Made by a program: the position numbers and the translations under genes | Part shown: positions 62,701 through 64,000 of the stretch, piece after piece | How positions within the stretch are numbered: the first letter of the stretch is position 1 | Layout: each line of letters starts with the position of its first letter | The notes under the pieces: generated by a model | Database searches by the model: none | What the model was told of the DNA's origin: nothing | What the model saw: only the letters and a program-made list of their open reading frames with translations | From: Chiloscyllium plagiosum | Taxonomy: Eukaryota | Direction of reading: 5' to 3' | DNA length: 64,000 bases | Assembly: GCF_004010195.1 (NCBI RefSeq) | Contig: NC_057719.1 | Location: 86,577,446 to 86,641,445, forward strand

Positions 62701-63739
62701 AAGGAACATGTGCAAACTCCACACAGACAGTTGCCTGAGGTGGGAATTGAACCCGGGTGTCTGGCGCTGTGAGACAGCAGCGCTAACCACTGTGCCACCA
62801 TGCTGCTATGACTGGGTTTCCTCCCACAGTCCAAAAATGTGCAGGTTAGGTGAATTGGCTATGCTAAATTGCCCGTAGTGTTAGGTGAAGGGGTAAATGT
62901 AGGGAAATGGGTCTGGGTGGGTTGGTCTTCGGAGGGTCGGTGTGGACTTGTTGGGCCGAAAGGCCTGTTTCCATACTGTAAGCAATCTAATCTAATCTTA
63001 AATGGTACTTAATTTTCTACTGAGATACAACCAAGGCAAGTGCAGTGCTGAGTAATCAGTTAAAATTCAAAGCCTTGGAAAGGCAGGATTGGAGTTTATT
63101 ACTCTGTACTTACATTCACATCCTTGTCGAGAACATATCAAATTTTGACTAGAAATTTAGGCTTTTGTCTATTAATACTTGGAAAGATGCAAGAAAACTA
63201 GTAAATCACAGATCAGCACAGTTTAGATTGTATATAGGATGCCAAAAAAATTCTAATCAAGACATGGAAAAACCATTTTCACAGTTTAGTGGCTTTGTTA
63301 TTCTTATTGGGGAGGGAGAAATCAATCAGCTATAAATCTCATTGGATTGGATAGGAAAGCCAGAAAATTCCTATGTGCTGTCTAATAGGTTAGACATATT
63401 GAGATAATTATTGTGAAGTAACTGATAAATTAATTTTACAGAGAAGCATGTACAAAGTTATCCATGTTTCAGTTATATCCCAAACCTACTGTTCAGATTT
63501 TACCATGTAATTAACCTTTGTTCTCCTTTCGATCTTTCCCACTTCTAACCAGGTTCTGAAGAAGACTGAGGAATTTTGTAAAGAACATGATATCCCTTTC
63601 CCAAAAATTGATGTGGCAGACATTCTTGAAAATAGTCTACAAGAATGCTATGTCTTCATGGATGAAAACAATCCCAGAGTTCCTATAGTAGTTCATTTCC
63701 CCCTCACAAATGCCACATTCAAAGATTATGTTTCTCCAG
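2655..63739 (+). CDS. PLA2G4F: Cytosolic phospholipase A2 group IV, zeta-like; partial spliced CDS of 11 exons (2655-2768, 5386-5423, 8268-8403, 14842-14978, 19807-20029, 31864-31978, 33164-33301, 34242-34349, 42363-42545, 59077-59243, 63553-63739)
   Basis: All junctions are AG/GT with matching phases, giving 515 open codons. Motifs [71 protein letters not shown] occur in cPLA2 order. WGSAFA and NSxFPLAL resemble PLA2G4F most. Family assignment is secure; paralog identity is an inference. Confidence 0.9.
2828..3388 (-). mobile_element. CR1 LINE 3' fragment
   Basis: Reverse complement of the CR1 3' end; similar to 21151-21600 and 43010-43900. Confidence 0.85.
4961..5188. mobile_element. PLE-derived fold-back (inverted pLTR) insertion with degenerate HHR motifs
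   Basis: Inverted arms ~4961-5050 and 5064-5155; 16-bp TSD TGGCTTGAATGATAAT at 4945-4960 and 5189-5204; CTGATGA at 5065-5071. Confidence 0.85.
5386..5423 (+). CDS. PLA2G4F: cPLA2 short exon 2 ([13 protein letters not shown])
   Basis: ctcttgtag|GAT ... TG|gtgagt; 38 nt, phase 0-2, bridges the flanking exons in frame. Confidence 0.75.
5740..6020 (+). mobile_element. Rex1/Babar-like LINE fragment
   Basis: Broken translation FPNxKPWIN...RYDLRKA.RDAKRQY...LESQ...LWQGL. Confidence 0.55.
6800..7680 (+). mobile_element. Ancient L2-like LINE 3' remnant
   Basis: Decayed FKILI.VFKSL...WNSLP-type region; similar to 41020-42070. Confidence 0.55.
7779..8038 (+). mobile_element. HE1/V-SINE-type SINE, 5'-truncated
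   Basis: V-domain tgtggagtttgcacgttctccccgtgtctgcgtgggtttcctccgggtgctccggtttcctccca; CR1-like 3' end; (aatct)n tail; TAGATTGT on both flanks. Confidence 0.9.
8268..8403 (+). CDS. PLA2G4F: cPLA2 exon 3 ([45 protein letters not shown])
   Basis: ttgcacag|T ... CAT|gtatga; start of the catalytic domain (LDVRLxFD...EKEFL.KRK). Confidence 0.9.
8720..9320 (+). mobile_element. Two adjacent CR1 3' fragments (older ~8720-8960, younger ~8965-9320)
   Basis: LIEVYKIMR...TRGHRF...FFTQR...WNELP. Confidence 0.8.
10860..11550. mobile_element. CR1 fragments (+ ~10860-11372, - ~11375-11550)
   Basis: Decayed CR1 3' sequence (ggaatctggaattcactgcc) and a tctatgatct tail. Confidence 0.65.
12040..12079 (-). ncRNA. 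Minimal type I hammerhead ribozyme motif
   Basis: Minus strand CCA-CUGAUGA-U-GUUACCU(AGCC)AGGUAAU-GAAA-CGUC-UGG; stem I CCA/UGG. Confidence 0.75.
12563..12602 (+). ncRNA. Hammerhead motif, CpG-decayed (GAAAUGUC)
   Basis: CCA-CTGATGA-T-GTTACCT(AGTC)AGGTAAT-GAAA-TGTC-TGG. Confidence 0.6.
12699..13693. mobile_element. Possible solo LTR
   Basis: TG...CA ends flanked by TTAG (12695-98 and 13694-97); no coding signal. Confidence 0.4.
14842..14978 (+). CDS. PLA2G4F: cPLA2 exon 4 ([21 protein letters not shown]...GVSGST-W), catalytic Arg and Ser
   Basis: tttacag|GTA ... TG|gtgagt; GGGxRA and GxSGS motifs. Confidence 0.97.
15106..15235 (-). mobile_element. Single PLE pLTR arm with HHR core (15200-15235, minus)
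   Basis: Minus CUGAAGA-A-GGGC(UUAU)GCCC-GAAA-CGUC; GGAAGGGAATA repeated at 15090-15100 and 15232-15242. Confidence 0.85.
15494..16177 (-). mobile_element. Solo LTR (ERV/LTR retrotransposon)
   Basis: TG...CA ends; 5-bp TSD GTTAG (15489-93 and 16178-82); minus-strand TATAAA (15671-76) upstream of AATAAA (15561-66). Confidence 0.7.
16703..16826 (-). mobile_element. HE1-type SINE 3' fragment
   Basis: (attag)n tail plus ggaaacaggcccttcggccc. Confidence 0.8.
16905..17035. mobile_element. Degenerate PLE-derived fold-back element with the HHR centre lost
   Basis: cagcagatctggcagcatct versus agatattgccagaccagctg inverted arms. Confidence 0.55.
17168..18011. mobile_element. Penelope-like RT fragment (minus, ~17168-17810) joined to an inverted endonuclease C-terminal fragment (plus, ~17830-18011)
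   Basis: Minus ACLFIGY...YVDD...FHPDLKFT and PLVLTFH; plus DHFREHL...[11 protein letters not shown]...LEEEHLI. Confidence 0.85.
18202..18526 (+). mobile_element. HE1/V-SINE-type SINE, full length
   Basis: tRNA head (tggctcagtggttag, ggttcaattcc), V-domain, (aatct)n tail. Confidence 0.92.
18527..19480 (+). mobile_element. CR1 ORF2 internal fragment
   Basis: [24 protein letters not shown]. Confidence 0.85.
19807..20029 (+). CDS. PLA2G4F: cPLA2 exon 5 ([12 protein letters not shown]...[14 protein letters not shown])
   Basis: ttctcccag|G ... CAG|gtacgg; 223 nt, phase 2-0. Confidence 0.95.
20097..20123. repeat. Poly(C) tract, ~27 nt
   Basis: Seen directly; a second run of 18 C at 2432-2449. 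Confidence 0.9.
20263..20678 (-). mobile_element. Possible solo LTR containing a 23-bp x3 tandem repeat (20600-20668)
   Basis: Ends TGTCGTGGAAA ... TTTCCATTACA; minus AATAAA near 20320; unit AATTTCACAGTAAATGGATAATT; no clear TSD. Confidence 0.45.
21626..21930 (-). mobile_element. HE1-type SINE nested in CR1
   Basis: Full reverse-complement SINE interrupting CR1 aaatcttt|tctgaaccc. Confidence 0.92.
22435..22726. other. Assembly gap (others at 56691-57335 and 61359-62202)
   Basis: Runs of N, all within young repeats. Confidence 0.99.
22773..22942. mobile_element. PLE-derived hairpin insertion
   Basis: Perfect 39-bp inverted repeat 22773-22811 / 22835-22873 with GAAACGTC at the inner ends; 16-bp TSD ATACATGTAYATCCTG at 22760-75 and 22943-58. 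Confidence 0.85.
23045..28869 (-). mobile_element. Near full-length L1/Tx1-clade LINE, inactivated (ORF1 ~28725-27714; ORF2 27104-23366 with frameshifts)
   Basis: APE motifs (TWNIKG, DIWR..HP...FTFFS, RIDLFL, ISDH); RT motifs ([23 protein letters not shown]); C-terminal C..C...H..W.C; AATAAA plus poly(A) at ~23043-23066; TSD TTT(A/C)CTGCCCTT at 23033-44 and 28870-81. Confidence 0.93.
29460..29780 (-). mobile_element. tRNA-headed SINE or LINE 5' fragment
   Basis: Similar to 2080-2350, 5640-5730 and 9690-9760. Confidence 0.55.
30002..30219. mobile_element. PLE-derived perfect palindrome insertion
   Basis: 89-bp perfect inverted arms 30037-30125 / 30131-30219 with a 5-nt spacer; 15-bp TSD TCAGCCTTATCGTAG at 29987-30001 and 30219-30233. 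Confidence 0.92.
30126..30159 (+). ncRNA. Minimal hammerhead ribozyme motif
   Basis: TTC-CTGAAGA-A-GGGC(ATGT)GCCC-GAAA-CGTC-GAA. Confidence 0.72.
31864..31978 (+). CDS. PLA2G4F: cPLA2 exon 6 ([38 protein letters not shown])
   Basis: gtatttag|GAG ... G|gtacag; KLSDQ...GQNPxPIY motif. Confidence 0.95.
33164..33301 (+). CDS. PLA2G4F: cPLA2 exon 7 ([46 protein letters not shown])
   Basis: ttttgcag|AG ... G|gtacag; EWxExxPYE...KYG...FGSxFFMG motif. Confidence 0.97.
34242..34349 (+). CDS. PLA2G4F: cPLA2 exon 8 ([36 protein letters not shown])
   Basis: (tcc)n tctgcag|GC ... G|gtatta; WGSAF motif; phase 1-1. Confidence 0.92.
34734..34941. mobile_element. PLE-derived fold-back insertion, different family
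   Basis: Inverted arms ~34735-34814 and 34820-34900; 14-bp TSD AGGATTTCTAATAT at 34720-33 and 34942-55. Confidence 0.87.
34820..34854 (+). ncRNA. Minimal hammerhead motif with CUA cleavage triplet
   Basis: CAT-CTGATGA-A-GGAGC(AGT)GCTCT-GAAA-GCTA-GTG. Confidence 0.65.
35690..39620 (+). mobile_element. Old LINE RT region (35690-36204 and 38893-39620) split by a CR1 insertion
   Basis: Decayed [24 protein letters not shown]|..PTIFSCF and LFADE motifs are collinear across the insertion. Confidence 0.65.
36205..38892 (-). mobile_element. CR1 LINE, long decayed copy
   Basis: EN to RT to 3' motifs: [43 protein letters not shown]. Confidence 0.9.
39786..40560 (-). mobile_element. CR1 3' fragment
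   Basis: Reverse-complement CR1 3' end with a catagaaatc tail. Confidence 0.75.
41020..42070 (+). mobile_element. Ancient L2-like LINE 3' remnant
   Basis: FDIVDH, FKILILVFKSL and WNSLP remnants; tail gtgaagtgctttaggac...gcaagttgttattgt. Confidence 0.65.
42363..42545 (+). CDS. PLA2G4F: cPLA2 exon 9 ([19 protein letters not shown]...[24 protein letters not shown])
   Basis: tttgatacag|AT ... A|gtatgt; NFLxGLxLH motif; phase 1-1. Confidence 0.9.
42855..43005 (-). mobile_element. Degenerate PLE pLTR-type fragment
   Basis: gatgctg...agctcagtaagtctagccgcatttgtg...aatgtttccggtc...gatccttccttagaac; decayed HHR-like core. Confidence 0.5.
43228..43551 (+). mobile_element. HE1-type SINE, full length, nested in CR1
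   Basis: tRNA head, V-domain, (aatct)4 tail. Confidence 0.94.
44634..44802 (+). mobile_element. HE1-type SINE, 5'-truncated, nested in CR1
   Basis: 3' half plus (taatg)n(taatc)n tail. Confidence 0.9.
45004..45128 (+). mobile_element. Degenerate PLE pLTR arm nested in CR1
   Basis: ccgatgaagagcttacgtttgaaacatcgac...gatgctgcctgacc...ttttccagcacc. Confidence 0.75.
45990..46025 (-). ncRNA. Minimal hammerhead ribozyme motif
   Basis: Exact reverse complement of 46241-46276. Confidence 0.75.
46241..46276 (+). ncRNA. Minimal hammerhead ribozyme motif
   Basis: ATTC-CTGAAGA-A-GGGC(CTGT)GCCC-GAAA-CGTC-GAAT; stem I ATTC/GAAT; predicted cut after 46272. Confidence 0.78.
47210..47716 (-). mobile_element. 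Decayed Deu-domain-type SINE, interrupted by an old CR1 3' end (~47400-47615), inside the cargo
   Basis: ttgcatttatatag...gctttacagccaataaagtactttggaag...agcaagctcccacaa and aaatagtgccattgg...gacaggcct resemble the reverse-complement Deu domain as I recall it. Confidence 0.55.
47767..47802 (+). ncRNA. Minimal hammerhead ribozyme motif
   Basis: Identical to 46241-46276; predicted cut after 47798. Confidence 0.78.
49110..53320. mobile_element. Cluster of decayed CR1 fragments (+ 49110-50185, + 50215-51175, - 51180-51630, + 52000-53320)
   Basis: [18 protein letters not shown]...KLADD; VDFSKAF; second ORF1 esterase remnant at ~50280-50700. Confidence 0.8.
53320..55450 (+). mobile_element. CR1 ORF2 to 3' end with internal deletions
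   Basis: [50 protein letters not shown]. Confidence 0.9.
53921..54238 (+). mobile_element. HE1-type SINE, full length, nested in CR1
   Basis: tRNA head, V-domain, (aatct)n tail; TAGTT on both flanks. Confidence 0.94.
55555..56082 (+). mobile_element. Penelope-like element 3' fragment with pLTR (related to 12001-12668)
   Basis: [15 protein letters not shown]...[16 protein letters not shown]; 3' end ctcaacctgagctacaaa shared with 12645-12662. Confidence 0.88.
55967..56006 (+). ncRNA. Minimal hammerhead ribozyme motif
   Basis: TTA-CTGATGA-T-GTTACC(TAGTAT)GGTGAC-GAAA-CGTC-TGA. Confidence 0.72.
56586..56690 (+). mobile_element. HE1-type SINE 5' part, running into a gap
   Basis: tRNA head and start of V-domain. 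Confidence 0.88.
57336..57640 (-). mobile_element. CR1 RT fragment
   Basis: [13 protein letters not shown]...PQGSVLGP...SKFADDTK. Confidence 0.92.
59077..59243 (+). CDS. PLA2G4F: cPLA2 exon 10 ([56 protein letters not shown]), catalytic Asp
   Basis: tcttccag|TT ... AAG|gtgaga; PNxLTP...LVDAG motif. Confidence 0.96.
59770..60260 (+). mobile_element. Old CR1 3' fragment
   Basis: CVQFWFPHL...[10 protein letters not shown]...[10 protein letters not shown]. Confidence 0.75.
60667..62806 (-). mobile_element. HE1-type SINE (60667-60890 and 62709-62806) split by a CR1 insertion (60891-62708, minus, spanning a gap)
   Basis: Halves rejoin as ...gcagacaagggaagaat|gtgcaaactccacac...; CR1 carries its 3' tail at 60891 and ORF2 at 62205-62708. 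Confidence 0.8.
62814..62998 (+). mobile_element. HE1-type SINE, 5'-truncated
   Basis: gggtttcctcccacagtcc...(aatct)n. Confidence 0.9.
63553..63739 (+). CDS. PLA2G4F: cPLA2 exon 11 ([20 protein letters not shown]...ECYVF...[19 protein letters not shown])
   Basis: ctaaccag|GTT ... G|gtaaga; IPFPxI, ECYxF and PIVxHFPL motifs. Confidence 0.95.
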
Positions 63740-64000
63740 GTAAGAAACTATCCAGCACATAGCAAAACAAACTACTGCTAGATATAAACAATGGCAAATT
63801 AGTGATTAAAAAAAAATTCATTTCTTTTATCCAAAGATTAACCTAACAGCCTAAATCCCACCTCCTCCATGAGGCATGAACTCCTTCAGTTAAAATCACC
63901 ATTCTTATCACCATTCCTGTGCATTTGTGAATCAATAGCTTCGTGTGTTTCCTCAGGCACTTCTCAGCTTTCTTTAAAATTGATGACTGAGCTCCTCAAA

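Noticed and set aside
62709..62998. Twin-priming inversion of a single SINE
   Set aside because: The inverted head joins exactly to the minus-strand SINE 3' half at 60667-60890, so a CR1-split SINE plus a second SINE is simpler.

Overview
This is repeat-rich vertebrate genomic DNA, almost certainly from a shark or other elasmobranch, judged from the HE1/V-SINE-type tRNA SINEs and their CR1 partner LINEs. The whole window lies inside one + strand gene encoding a group IV cytosolic phospholipase A2 of the beta/delta/epsilon/zeta branch, most like PLA2G4F (zeta). I assembled 11 GT-AG exons by hand (2655..63739, 1546 nt, phases consistent, no stops). The GGGxRA, GVSGS and DAG catalytic motifs are intact, and the first and last exons lie outside the window. 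The introns hold nested CR1 LINEs, a near full-length decayed L1/Tx1-clade element, L2 and Rex1 remnants, SINEs, probable solo LTRs and many Penelope-like element (PLE) derivatives. The most notable signal is a set of PLE pseudo-LTRs (pLTRs) carrying minimal hammerhead ribozyme (HHR) motifs with palindromic stem III (GAAACGUC or GAAAGCUA). They are inserted as fold-back palindromes with 11-16 bp target-site duplications (TSDs). One is a ~2 kb retrozyme-like composite (45891..47858): two sense HHR direct repeats bracket ~1.37 kb of captured older genomic DNA, with a third inverted HHR arm upstream. There are three assembly gaps. Repeat boundaries are approximate, and family names come from recognition, not database searches.
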